This document shows positions 32,723 to 42,876 of a stretch of DNA of 64,000 nucleotides, piece after piece. Each line of letters begins with the position of its first letter. The first letter of the stretch is position 1. The notes under the pieces are model-generated. The model worked only from the letters and a program-made list of their open reading frames with translations, ran no database searches and was not told where the DNA came from. This DNA is from Candidatus Poribacteria bacterium (GTDB lineage Bacteria > Poribacteria > WGA-4E > JAJDTR01). The position numbers and the translations under genes are program-made. Location of the stretch: the NCBI GenBank assembly GCA_965222225.1, contig CBDCTK010000002.1:5440001-5504000 (forward strand). The letters are read 5' to 3'.

Positions 32723-33472
32723 CTAAATCAAATCTTCAATGAGTTCTAGGCTCTTTAGCGTGAGGTCGGTATGATAGGAAATGAATCTCGACAGCGCCAA
32801 TTGAAGTTGACGATGGTTCAGTTTTGAAGCCTGAACGCGGTTGAGATAGGCTAAGTCACAATTTCTCAGGTACTTCATCAACTCACAACTGCCGCGCGCA
32901 AGCTGCGGCGCGTTTGAATCGTCATGCGTGCAGTTGTCACAAAGCACACCACCGAGACGGGTACTAAACCTCAGAGTCGCACCCGAGGGCTGGGAAGCAC
33001 AGACAACACATTGAGACAGTTGGGGTGCAAAACCCGCTATGTCCAGCAATTTTAACTCAAACCCGCGAGCTAGTAGAGCAATATCATCAACCTGCGATAG
33101 CCCATCAAACCCATGTTGCAATAAACGGAAAACACCTTGGTTGGCGGGTTGCTCGGATTCTATTGCGTTAACCAATTCCGCGAGATAACAACCGTACGTA
33201 GTCCGATCGAAATCTGCCTTTATTCCATCATAGGCATCAATTAAGTCGAAATCCTGCACAATCCGCAAATCTTTATTGGGGCGCTCAGAGAAGACAAGAG
33301 TTCCGTAATTCAGGAGCTCCAAACTGCCCCCAAATCGGCTCCTAGGCCCTCTCACACCGTACGCTGCAGCTTGAACCTTTCCAAAGTCGGAAGTATAGAA
33401 TATGATAATTTTATGGTATTCGCCGAAAGGATATGATCGTATAACAATCGCATCTGTTTTTTTAATGGGCAT
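32723..33472 (-). CDS. recO: DNA repair protein RecO
   Basis: OB-fold N-terminus, CxxC..CxxC zinc finger and position next to glyQS. Confidence 0.93.
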   Translation of the reverse strand: MPIKKTDAIVIRSYPFGEYHKIIIFYTSDFGKVQAAAYGVRGPRSRFGGSLELLNYGTLVFSERPNKDLRIVQDFDLIDAYDGIKADFDRTTYGCYLAELVNAIESEQPANQGVFRLLQHGFDGLSQVDDIALLARGFELKLLDIAGFAPQLSQCVVCASQPSGATLRFSTRLGGVLCDNCTHDDSNAPQLARGSCELMKYLRNCDLAYLNRVQASKLNHRQLQLALSRFISYHTDLTLKSLELIEDLI

Positions 33473-33559
33473 TTTTTACCCAACAATAAAATGGGACAAT
33501 GAGACGATGAAGTGATTTTATTATCAATTCACCTGTCCACTGTCCCATTAGACAACAAG

Positions 33560-33634
<75 letters not shown>

Positions 33635-33665
33635 CTGAGATACAAACCGTCTGCTACAAACTATG

Positions 33666-33695
33666 ATTCTATCATACAAGCCATAATAGTGTCAA
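33666..33695 (-). promoter_or_regulatory. Sigma70-like promoter for tRNA-Pro
   Basis: TTGACA-N18-TAGAAT with an extended TG, about 30 nt upstream of the tRNA. Confidence 0.55.
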
Positions 33696-33728
33696 GAACC
33701 CTTTTATTCCAATGTTTCAACCGTTTGA

Positions 33729-35060
33729 TTACGGCTCAGACGTAGATTCCTCTTGCAAGGAAGCACTATCTTTGATTACTGGAGTTTGGATTGTCAGTCT
33801 ATGAATTCGACGTTCATCCGACTCCAAAATGGTGAAATCCATGCCCTGATAGGAAAAATGGCTTCCCATCTCTGGAACCCGACCAAGGAAATCGACGACA
33901 AATCCACCAATTGTGTCTACATTTTCCGCTTCGAGTTCAATTTTGAGTTGCTCGTTAAGGTCGTCAATATTCATGCGAGCGTTAACTGAGTAAGTATTCG
34001 CACTCAACAAGATACACTCTTCCTGTTCATCGGAGTCATACTCATCTTGGATTTCGCCGACGATTTCTTCAACAATGTCCTCAAGCGTAACAAGCCCGGC
34101 TGTTCCTCCGTACTCATCAACAACCAATGCCATCTGCTGTTTGTTTGCTCGTAGATCCTGAAATAAATCTGAAATTTTTTTACTCTCTGGCGTAAAGAAG
34201 GGTGTCCTCTCGGAAATGAGTTCTCTTAAGTCTATCGGCTTTCCCTCTTCCCAATAATCCAACATGTCTTTAACGTGGAGGACGCCTATAATTCGATCGG
34301 CTGTCTCCTCGTACACCGGAATACGTGAGTGCCTCGACTCGATAGCCGTTCGTAGAACTTCCTCCTTGGGCGTCGAAACTTCAAGGCAAACCATGTCTGT
34401 ACGAGCGTTCATAATCTCGCGTGCGACCTTATCCGGCAGATCCAAGATACGTGAAATCATTTCCCGTTCTTCTGCTTCCAAAATCTCTTGACTGTCCCCT
34501 ACATTGTCTAACGCCTCTATCACTTCGGGTGAAACAACGCTGTCCTCCTGTGGGTGAACCTTTCCCCCAAGAATTCGTACCCCAACATTTCCGAGCAGAA
34601 TCAATGGTGTGACAACAACATATAACACCCAATAAATCACGCGCAAGAAACGCAGCGTGTGGATTGTTGAGTTTTCGGGACTCCCTTGGATATAGTTTTT
34701 GGGGATAAGTTCGGTAACGACAACGACAAGGACAGTCGCTACACAACCGACAACCACGTGGCTTCGCAGATTGTCAAAGCTGAACAGCGACACAAGCAAC
34801 AGGACAAGCGTCACAACTAAAATACTCTTGGCGGTAATTATCGTCGCGGAATATCGCCGTGGCTTACGCAGCAGCGAGGTCAGAGTTTCATAACCGGTGC
34901 CACCCGTTTCCGCTATGTTCAGTATGTCTTCGCGGCTCAACCGGTTTAATAACGCCTCGGCAGCCGAAAAGAGCGCCGTAAGCATTGATAAAATGACCAA
35001 GCAAATTAACTTTACTATATCGTCGTTCAAGCGTGGAATTACACCTCCACTTTTTGACAT
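33729..35060 (-). CDS. HlyC/CorC family protein (CNNM transmembrane, CBS pair and CorC domains)
   Basis: FSAAE, ELIPK, HSRIPVY and VVDEYGGTAGLVTLEDIVEEIVGEI. Confidence 0.92.
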   Translation of the reverse strand: MSKSGGVIPRLNDDIVKLICLVILSMLTALFSAAEALLNRLSREDILNIAETGGTGYETLTSLLRKPRRYSATIITAKSILVVTLVLLLVSLFSFDNLRSHVVVGCVATVLVVVVTELIPKNYIQGSPENSTIHTLRFLRVIYWVLYVVVTPLILLGNVGVRILGGKVHPQEDSVVSPEVIEALDNVGDSQEILEAEEREMISRILDLPDKVAREIMNARTDMVCLEVSTPKEEVLRTAIESRHSRIPVYEETADRIIGVLHVKDMLDYWEEGKPIDLRELISERTPFFTPESKKISDLFQDLRANKQQMALVVDEYGGTAGLVTLEDIVEEIVGEIQDEYDSDEQEECILLSANTYSVNARMNIDDLNEQLKIELEAENVDTIGGFVVDFLGRVPEMGSHFSYQGMDFTILESDERRIHRLTIQTPVIKDSASLQEESTSEP

Positions 35061-35089
35061 CAGTCAGAGAAACTGCTACGCCAGAGTCT

Positions 35090-35515
35090 TTAAAGTAGGC
35101 GAAGAATCGCTTCCTGTTTCTCAAACATGATGGTAGCATCCGCGGGGATGTGGTGGTCGTAACCTAGAAGGTGAAGGACGCCATGTACGGTGAGCGTGGC
35201 AATTTCAACATCAAGCGAATGATTATGCGCGTGAGCTTGTCGTTGCGCCGTGGGAACCGATATAACGACATCGCCTAGAAGGGGCGAATTCATCGATTCA
35301 GTCCCATCTTCATGCATGGCAAAGGCAAGCACGTCTGTTGGAGTGTCAATGTTCCGATATTGGCGGTTGAGAGACTGAATTGCGCTGTCATTTGTCAGTA
35401 GAATGCTTATTTCAAAGGCCTCCGAATCATGCATTCTCAATGTTGCCAATACCGCCTGCTGAATAACGCATTCATTGAAGTTGGTATCTTGGGAATCGTT
35501 TCGGACAAAAACCAT
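35090..35515 (-). CDS. ybeY: rRNA maturation endoribonuclease YbeY
   Basis: PTDVLAF, LGDVVIS and HGVLHLLGYDH. Confidence 0.95.
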   Translation of the reverse strand: MVFVRNDSQDTNFNECVIQQAVLATLRMHDSEAFEISILLTNDSAIQSLNRQYRNIDTPTDVLAFAMHEDGTESMNSPLLGDVVISVPTAQRQAHAHNHSLDVEIATLTVHGVLHLLGYDHHIPADATIMFEKQEAILRLL

Positions 35516-35573
35516 TGAAACACCTGTGTCACCTGTCCTGTACGTACGAGCTAATTACAGGAGTTTACTTTGC

Positions 35574-36563
35574 TCAAGGATTCATTGATGCATCCGCCTC
35601 CTGTTTGCCACGATCTTCATAAGCTTCAACAATCCGTTGGACCAATTCATGGCGAACAACATCAGTTCTGGAGAAATAAACAAATCCAATTCCCGAAATC
35701 CCGGATAGAACAGCTTGTGCATCGGCAAGTCCCGACACTTTGCCCGTGGGTAAATCCGTCTGCGTAATATCTCCCGTAACTACAGCCTTGGAGTCGAATC
35801 CGAGCCGCGTCAAGAACATCTTCATCTGTTCAATCGTGGCATTTTGGGCTTCATCAAGAACAACAAACGAGTTATTGAGAGTCCTTCCCCGCATAAAGGC
35901 AATCGGCGCAACCTCAATGATGTTACGTTCAACATAACGTTCCAGTGTTTCAGGAGACATCATGTCGTATAACGCATCATATAAAGGTCGAAGGTACGGA
36001 TCGACTTTGGCTGTAATATCACCCGGTAAGAAGCCCAGCCTTTCACCCGCTTCAACAGCTGGGCGCGTCAAGATAATTCGGCTCACTAATCCACGTTTCA
36101 GCGCTGCGACAGCCATCGCCATGGCAAGGTAAGTCTTACCGGTACCTGCTGGACCAATGCCGAACACAAGGTCGTGTGTCTTTATCGCTTCTACGTAGTG
36201 TTTTTGTCCTGAAGTCTTCGGGTGTATAACCCCGCGCTTAGAGAGCACGGGAATCGACTCGCCAACGGTTTCTGCAAGTTGATTCGTGTCGCCACGCTTC
36301 GCGACTTGAACCGCATACTTCACGTCATCAAGACCAATCTCATGTCCTGTACGCATCTGGTAAAGCAGCGATTCCAACACCTTTGCCCCCCGACCAATCT
36401 GATCGGCGCTGCCGCCGATTAGTTCAATCCCGTCACTTTTCAGGAGCACGTTGACATCAAGGCTGTTCTCAAGCACCTTCAGAAACGTATCTTCTTGGCC
36501 AAAGAGAAGTTGTGCTTCCGTATTGCTCTCCACGGGTATTTTCAGCGATTCTCGGTTCTCCAA
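35574..36563 (-). CDS. phoH: PhoH-family ATPase (YbeZ-like)
   Basis: GPAGTGKT, RPAVEAGERLGFLPG, MRGRTL and DEAQN. Confidence 0.95.
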   Translation of the reverse strand: MENRESLKIPVESNTEAQLLFGQEDTFLKVLENSLDVNVLLKSDGIELIGGSADQIGRGAKVLESLLYQMRTGHEIGLDDVKYAVQVAKRGDTNQLAETVGESIPVLSKRGVIHPKTSGQKHYVEAIKTHDLVFGIGPAGTGKTYLAMAMAVAALKRGLVSRIILTRPAVEAGERLGFLPGDITAKVDPYLRPLYDALYDMMSPETLERYVERNIIEVAPIAFMRGRTLNNSFVVLDEAQNATIEQMKMFLTRLGFDSKAVVTGDITQTDLPTGKVSGLADAQAVLSGISGIGFVYFSRTDVVRHELVQRIVEAYEDRGKQEADASMNP

Positions 36564-36685
36564 TACGCAACTAACCTCCCATTCAGGATGATATTATTCT
36601 ATAACAACGACCAATAGAATGCAAGTGCAAATACAGGGCAACCCTTAACCGGTACATCCTTGGTTTCTGTAGTGGGAAGTATTCA

Positions 36686-37732
36686 TCATATTTGCGGCGC
36701 GTCCACACCAAGCTCCTTCGCCTTCTCGACAAGCGCATTCCATGTTGGTTCTTCAATCGGGATGCCTTCCCTTGTGCGTTTTTCGAGGTTGTGTTCTTCG
36801 AACTCCCCCGGTACATAAATCTCATCGACCCCTGGGAGCCTTGCCGACGATTTCACCCATTCAATCATATACTCAATCTCTTGTAGGTAAACGTCAAGAT
36901 TAATGAAATCGTCAATCTTGATGGCAATCATAACAATCCCGCTGCCTCCCCGTGTTGGAGCCTCGCGAGTACACCCGGCCCAGGACAACCCCCCGGCAAT
37001 GGCGTCTACCATGAACCCTAAGCCAAAACCCTTATGCCCAAACTGAAACCCTCCGAGCGGCATCACGGCCGTGTCATCCATCCGTTCTAAGAAGTCATTC
37101 GGATCGGTGACCGGTTTTCCATCCGAATCAATCATCCAACCCTCGGGCATCTCTTCGCCGCGAGCGGCTTTGACTAACATTTTGCCACCGGCAATAACAC
37201 TAAGTGTCATATCGAGCAACAATGGCTCACCGTCCTTGCGTGGCACCGAAATTGCTACCGGATTGGGAGGAAGACGGCGTGAAGTGCCGCCAAAGGGGTG
37301 CATGAACCGTCCGCCGCCGTTAAGAAGCACAATGCCAATCATCCCCGATCGTGCTGCTATCGGAGGGTACTCTCCCATCCGTCCGGCGTGTCCACTTTGG
37401 TGAAGGCCAACGACGCCAACGGTGTGTGTCTCGGCTTTTTGAACGGTCAACTCCATCGCTTTGCGTGCAGCGACCATACCCAAAGCCCGGTGGGCATCAA
37501 TCACGGCACTAGTTGCGGTTTCGCGAATAATCTCCAATTTGTCGGCCGATGGCCCACCTTTCATGGCGCCTATATAATTCAACGCGTTGATAACGCCGTG
37601 CGAATCGTGTCCAACGAGATTAGAGTCTACGACGTGGTCGCTAACAATTCGGGCGTCTTCATCAACGCCACCACCCGCTCGATAGACGTTATAAATGAAT
37701 TCTCTGAGTACCGCGTGATTGAGCGTCGGCAT
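36686..37732 (-). CDS. Ldh_2 family (malate/L-lactate dehydrogenase-like) oxidoreductase
   Basis: GHDSHG, NPVA, GHKGFGL and YVPGE. AAGGAG RBS precedes ATG 37732. Confidence 0.88.
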   Translation of the reverse strand: MPTLNHAVLREFIYNVYRAGGGVDEDARIVSDHVVDSNLVGHDSHGVINALNYIGAMKGGPSADKLEIIRETATSAVIDAHRALGMVAARKAMELTVQKAETHTVGVVGLHQSGHAGRMGEYPPIAARSGMIGIVLLNGGGRFMHPFGGTSRRLPPNPVAISVPRKDGEPLLLDMTLSVIAGGKMLVKAARGEEMPEGWMIDSDGKPVTDPNDFLERMDDTAVMPLGGFQFGHKGFGLGFMVDAIAGGLSWAGCTREAPTRGGSGIVMIAIKIDDFINLDVYLQEIEYMIEWVKSSARLPGVDEIYVPGEFEEHNLEKRTREGIPIEEPTWNALVEKAKELGVDAPQI

Positions 37733-37944
37733 CAAGCCCTCCTTGCGAATACGCATATATCGAATCTGGGCTGTTTGCGACCACAGGTTCGTTCTGTTTC
37801 TCGGGACAGTTATTGTGGCAGGGTTTGCCTTCAAAGTCAAGTGGAATCTCGTTTCACTAGAACAGGCTTGACGCTTACCGATTGACTTGCTATCATCTCG
37901 CCTCAAAGGCGCGCAATAACTTACGTCAAGACAAGGTATTACCT

Positions 37945-38724
37945 ATGCTGGTTGATTCCCACGCCCACATTCAACTTGATAATTACCTTACGGACCGAGA
38001 TGCCGTGTTAGTACGGGCACGTAAAGCTGGGGTGCACGCCATTCTTGTCATTGGGTTCGACCTACAAACCAGTCGAAATGCAATCGCCCTTGCCGAAGCG
38101 TACGAGGGTCTCTACGCGACTGTCGGCATGCACCCGCACGACGCTAGAGGTTTTGACATTACGACACTCGAAATCTTCCGCGAACTTGCATCGCACGCGA
38201 AAGTAATCGCGCTTGGCGAGATGGGGCTTGATTACTATCGCAACTTATCGCCGATATCTCTTCAAAAAATTGCATTCGAGCAGCAGCTAGATTTGGCGGA
38301 GGAATTGAGTCTGCCCGTCGTCATCCACAATCGCGAGGCGTATCACGATATTCTTCCAATGCTGCAGGCGCGGGGTAATCGAATTCGCGGTGTGATGCAT
38401 TGCTTTTCGGGAGATGTGGGTGTAATGCGTCAAACCTTAGATCTCGGTTTTTACATTGGGATTGGGGGGCCCATAACCTATCGCAAAACTGAGGATTTGC
38501 AAGCCGTAGCAAGAGAGGTCCCAGTAGATCATCTACTCGTAGAAACCGATTGCCCTTGGCTCGCACCGCAATTTCGGCGTGGCAAACGCAACGAGCCTGC
38601 ATACGTCCGGTCAACCGCAGAAAAAATCGCGGAATTGCGCGATGTTTCGCTTGACGAAATTGCGGAGATTACGACGCACAACTTCGAGAGACTGTTTCGT
38701 GTGAAGAACACAACACATTTGTGA
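37945..38724 (+). CDS. tatD: TatD family hydrolase
   Basis: DSHAH, GMHPH, GEMGLDY, HCFSG and ETDCPWL. Confidence 0.93.
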   Translation: MLVDSHAHIQLDNYLTDRDAVLVRARKAGVHAILVIGFDLQTSRNAIALAEAYEGLYATVGMHPHDARGFDITTLEIFRELASHAKVIALGEMGLDYYRNLSPISLQKIAFEQQLDLAEELSLPVVIHNREAYHDILPMLQARGNRIRGVMHCFSGDVGVMRQTLDLGFYIGIGGPITYRKTEDLQAVAREVPVDHLLVETDCPWLAPQFRRGKRNEPAYVRSTAEKIAELRDVSLDEIAEITTHNFERLFRVKNTTHL

Positions 38725-38933
38725 ACACTACCCTAACCCTTAGACAAAGCTGAAAGAAATTTGATATGAAAACCTGACCAATGCGGCCTGCTTTAGACGT
38801 CCGAAATCATTGGGAATATAACCCTCTTTTTCTCAGATTTGCTGAGCTTTGTTTTCGCCCAGATGATGGCTAATCAAGTGACTGAATAGAGAACAATCAA
38901 ACGAGTGGACAGTGGGTGATTAAGGAAGCGGAT

Positions 38934-38992
38934 AGCGAACGTGAAACAAAAACTCGGTTTCTCTGTTATAGGTAGCAACTTGCGTTATTTAA
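38934..38992 (+). repeat. Dispersed ~58 bp repeat (AAAAACTCGGTTTCT core)
   Basis: Similar inverted copy at 60303-60362 and a partial copy near 60415-60432. Confidence 0.6.
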
Positions 38993-39499
38993 CTGTCTAG
39001 TTTTTGGGAAATTACAAAGAGATAGGTCTTATTCCTCACGGTCATCGGCTTAAACGCTTAAACCTTAAACGAAGAGAGTTACGTAGTCGTCTGAAACCGT
39101 GGAACGAGATGCCATGCAAAGATTCCAGAGTTGACGTGAGGATATTGTTAGTTTGGGTATCTACCTAGTTTTAGCCTCCCGAAGTGTTAACCCTTGTGCG
39201 GAAAATAGAATATGGCGCGTCCGAACGTCTGCGCCATCACTAACTTTCTGAAACAATCTTTTGCATTAAATCGTTAAATTTCCTGGAAATCAACCTTAGG
39301 GTTGTCGGTCAAACCTGAATAGAACACGATATTGGCCGTGCGTGCTCTCGAATCTGGATTGTCAAGTTTCATTGATTAGCTTGACTGGTAGAAGCTGGAT
39401 GCCTGAGAGATTTCTATACCGGCGGTGTTAATTTGATGCGCGGGTTATATAGTCATTACAACTAAGAATTACACATATAGGATTTATGTAGAGCGGCTT

Positions 39500-39522
39500 G
39501 TAGTAGCGCAATTTATTGCGCG
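39500..39522 (+). repeat. GTAG-type REP-like palindrome
   Basis: GTAGTA-GCGCAAT-TT-ATTGCGC. Confidence 0.5.
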
Positions 39523-39823
39523 TCTTATATAGGAGTGAGTTTTACTAGCGACAGGCGGCCGTGATCGGGAGATCGATCCTACAGTAGGTTTGTCGTAACA
39601 ATCTTCAACAATCAAGTCGCTAATTTGCCTTCTTAATATGTGTAAATATGAATGAAAATGACTATATAACAAATCCTGCGAATCCTATAGACACAGAAAA
39701 GACACATGTGATTCACAATTATGTTACATTGTCGTATAAGACTAATATGTGAAGCCATACAAAGAAGGTCCAATTTAGAAAAACCGTCTGAATATTACAA
39801 TTTATGCAGAGGATTGGAAGAAA

Positions 39824-40111
39824 ATGGTACCATATTTGATTCAATTTTGTTACGCCGCTAATCCCTTAGCTGGACTCACCCCCGCGGCACTTCGCCTTTA
39901 TAGCGCATTAGAGGTTTTCAAAAATGCCGAGACTAGTGATAGCGTTGAGGATGATAACCAAGAGTGGTTCCGTGCTCCACGGCGGGACAAATACCTAACG
40001 ACAACCGGTTTCTCTAAAGCGGAGATTGACAAAGGACTTGATGAACTGCTAAAAGCCGGAGTGCTGGAGATTCGAAATAAACGCAGAACCCTGTGGTATC
40101 ACTTCAAGTAA
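39824..40111 (+). CDS. Small hypothetical protein, possible winged-helix DNA-binding domain
   Basis: TGFSKAEIDKGLDELLKAGVLEI pattern and an AGAGGA RBS. Confidence 0.55.
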   Translation: MVPYLIQFCYAANPLAGLTPAALRLYSALEVFKNAETSDSVEDDNQEWFRAPRRDKYLTTTGFSKAEIDKGLDELLKAGVLEIRNKRRTLWYHFK

Positions 40112-40130
40112 CACAAGCGCGGCAGACGGC

Positions 40131-40727
40131 ATGATGAAATTGCAGTTAGCTGAACGGTTTTCTAGCATCATTCTAGCCTCCGCATCTCCTAGGCGAGCCG
40201 AGTTGCTAAAACAGATTGGACTTGATTTTCAGGTTTGTCCAAGCGATTTAGCGGAAACAATGGTAACGCAGACCTCACCCTCGGCGGTAGTTGAAGAACT
40301 CGCGCTGATGAAGGCCCAAACTGTTGGCCGGCGTTTCAATTGTGGACTCATCATTGGTGCGGACACAGTCGTCGTAATCAACCAACAGATTATTGGAAAA
40401 CCGGAAAATAATCGCCATGCTATAGAGATTCTGAGCCAACTAAGTGGAAATCGCCATAAAGTTGTTACGGGTGTTTCCCTTCTTGACCTTGACAGGGAGC
40501 AGGAAATCGTATGGTCTGAGAAGACTCTAGTCTACTTCAGAAAACTGCGCGAGTCGGAAATTCTAGAATATGTTAGTAGCCATGACGTGTCAGACATGGC
40601 GGGAGGATATGGAATCCAAGAGAAGGCGGCAGCGTTTGTATCACGAGTTGAAGGCTGTTATTTCAACGTGGTTGGACTTCCGTTGGCAAGTTTGGCGGAG
40701 AAACTTTGGGAACTTACGGAGAACTGA
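40131..40727 (+). CDS. maf: Maf family nucleotide pyrophosphatase
   Basis: ILASASPRR, IGADTVV, GKP and NVVGLP. Confidence 0.93.
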   Translation: MMKLQLAERFSSIILASASPRRAELLKQIGLDFQVCPSDLAETMVTQTSPSAVVEELALMKAQTVGRRFNCGLIIGADTVVVINQQIIGKPENNRHAIEILSQLSGNRHKVVTGVSLLDLDREQEIVWSEKTLVYFRKLRESEILEYVSSHDVSDMAGGYGIQEKAAAFVSRVEGCYFNVVGLPLASLAEKLWELTEN

Positions 40728-40761
40728 AAGAAGCTGCAATCAGATTTCTTGTTGAATGTGC

Positions 40762-42732
40762 TTAACGAAAATCGGCGTGAACCTCCGTAGGAGTTTGGTT
40801 TTTGCGTGCTGCGAACCAGTTGCTATAAACGTTGTTCTTTTTCGATTGAAGAACGGTGCGTCGGAGTTTGACCTTATCGTCCGGGGAAGTTTTGAACTTT
40901 TCAATATCCGCTTCCTCGTGATCCACTAATTGAACCAGATAAAAAGCCCTATCTCCCTCGAATGGCCCACCAACGGCATTCAGCTCTAGATTAAAGGCGG
41001 CGAGCATGGCATCACGACAGCTACCCATCCCCGGAACATAGCTGGTTGTTGGTGAGAGCGAGAAACTGTCGCTTTCCTTAACCTCTCGATTTTCTAAAGA
41101 CACGCCATCTGCTGGAACATATTTCTCAACGAGTTTCTCAAGCGACCCGCCATCGCTACGTTGGTTGAGCAGTTGTTGTGCATCTTCCAAAGCCATCTGC
41201 TTCGCGCGTTCCTTTCGGAAGCCCTCAACGACTTCGGCTTTTACGGATTCAAAATCAGGGATACCCGCTGGCTTCTTTTCCAATACCGTTGCAACGAAAT
41301 AAGCTGCAATCTCATCACTCCAGTTTTTCGTTTCAATGACACGGCTTACACCCACCTCGACATCAAAAACTTCGTCTATTAGACCGCGATAGCTGCCTTT
41401 TGTTCCTATTGTCGGAATGTTATTTTCATCTCGCGTGAAAAGCCCGGTCTCCTTCACAATGAAACCCAGTTCTTTATACTGATCCTGTTTGACTGCCTCC
41501 TGATAGTCGAAGATTTCGACATCAAAAATTAGTTCCTCTGCTACTCCCTTCGCTTTAGCAACTCCATCAATTTGCACGAGTTTTTTCCGAACGTCCAGCT
41601 TTGCTTGGCTAAACGGTTGTGTCTCTTCGGAACGCTTCTCCTCAAGCTTAATAATATGGTAACCGAATTGTGTTTCGATAAGGTCACTTATTTGACCTAC
41701 GGCTAGGTCGTCGAAACAAGCCTTTTCAAAAGCGGGGACCATATCGCCCCGAGCAAAGAAATCCCCCGTCGGCGGCAACTTTGGATGCCGTCCGCGGAGT
41801 GCACCGCCGTCAGTTGCTGAAGGACCTTCGGAATATTCTCTCGCTAGTTCGGCAAAGTCTGCGCCGTCAGAAATCTCGTTTTTTACCTTTTCAAGCAACT
41901 CTTCCGCTGCGGTCTTTACCTCTGTTTTCTGTTCATCGGTAGCGTCAGTTGGGTATTTTTTTAAGATATGACGCGCCTTTACAATCTCCGGGATTGTGAA
42001 TTCGCCGATATGTGTTTCATAGTAGGTCCTAACCTCTTCCTCTGATACGAACTCTTTCGGATCTATTTTGACATACATCAACTTTACTCGATCTTCGGTC
42101 TTATATTTTTCTTTGTTGTCCTCGAAATACGCTTGTACCTTAGCGTCGTCAATCTTCACTGCATTTCGGTATTCACGATTCTGAAATTCGATAAACTTTA
42201 ATTGTGCTTTATCGTTCTGGCGCCGGTATTCATTTTCTAATTCATTGTCTGTGACCAACTCGAGCCCCTCAATATCGTTCCTAAGATTTTCAAGGCTCAT
42301 CTGTAGGCGAAGGCTCTGACGGTAAACACCACTAAATCCTTGTGCGTGCAGAAGGTTATAGTTTGTTAACAAAGTGGGATCGCTGCGTACATAGCGATCG
42401 ATTTCCGCGTCGGTAACTTGTGTGCTGCTAAGCCATACCTGCTCCTGAACCAATTGATTAACAATATCCTTTTCGATCTGTTTACGGTCAATCGATCTGT
42501 TACCTTGGCTCTGTTGACGACGCCTCTGCACTTCTTGGTTAACTAGTGTCTCGAAACGACCGCGTCCTACCTCTGTCCCACCAATCTTGGCGACAATTTC
42601 CTCGTCTCTCTCCGAGCTTATCTGTCTACCTCCAGTGATATCAAAGAGCAAAACGGTACCAATGATGAAGACAAATCCAACAACCGCCATAAAAATCTTC
42701 GCAATAAATTTCTCCCTGAGAAAAACTATCAT
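40762..42732 (-). CDS. PpiD/SurA-like membrane-anchored parvulin PPIase chaperone
   Basis: N-terminal TM helix, ARHIL, FAELAREYS and ETQFGYHIIK. Confidence 0.88.
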   Translation of the reverse strand: MIVFLREKFIAKIFMAVVGFVFIIGTVLLFDITGGRQISSERDEEIVAKIGGTEVGRGRFETLVNQEVQRRRQQSQGNRSIDRKQIEKDIVNQLVQEQVWLSSTQVTDAEIDRYVRSDPTLLTNYNLLHAQGFSGVYRQSLRLQMSLENLRNDIEGLELVTDNELENEYRRQNDKAQLKFIEFQNREYRNAVKIDDAKVQAYFEDNKEKYKTEDRVKLMYVKIDPKEFVSEEEVRTYYETHIGEFTIPEIVKARHILKKYPTDATDEQKTEVKTAAEELLEKVKNEISDGADFAELAREYSEGPSATDGGALRGRHPKLPPTGDFFARGDMVPAFEKACFDDLAVGQISDLIETQFGYHIIKLEEKRSEETQPFSQAKLDVRKKLVQIDGVAKAKGVAEELIFDVEIFDYQEAVKQDQYKELGFIVKETGLFTRDENNIPTIGTKGSYRGLIDEVFDVEVGVSRVIETKNWSDEIAAYFVATVLEKKPAGIPDFESVKAEVVEGFRKERAKQMALEDAQQLLNQRSDGGSLEKLVEKYVPADGVSLENREVKESDSFSLSPTTSYVPGMGSCRDAMLAAFNLELNAVGGPFEGDRAFYLVQLVDHEEADIEKFKTSPDDKVKLRRTVLQSKKNNVYSNWFAARKNQTPTEVHADFR

Positions 42733-42876
42733 AGAAACATTTCTCCTTATTATGTGTACCTAGTCGTGGTTTGCAACATGAACCTTTCGGTTAAACCTTT
42801 TTGCATTAGGCAATACCATATGTCACTTGAACTAGTCTAACTCGCTAACTCCAGTTGGGCGATGACGGACGCCTCC

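Noticed and set aside
38725-39823. Replication origin
   Set aside because: I saw no cluster of TTATCCACA boxes and there are no dnaA/dnaN/gidA neighbours.
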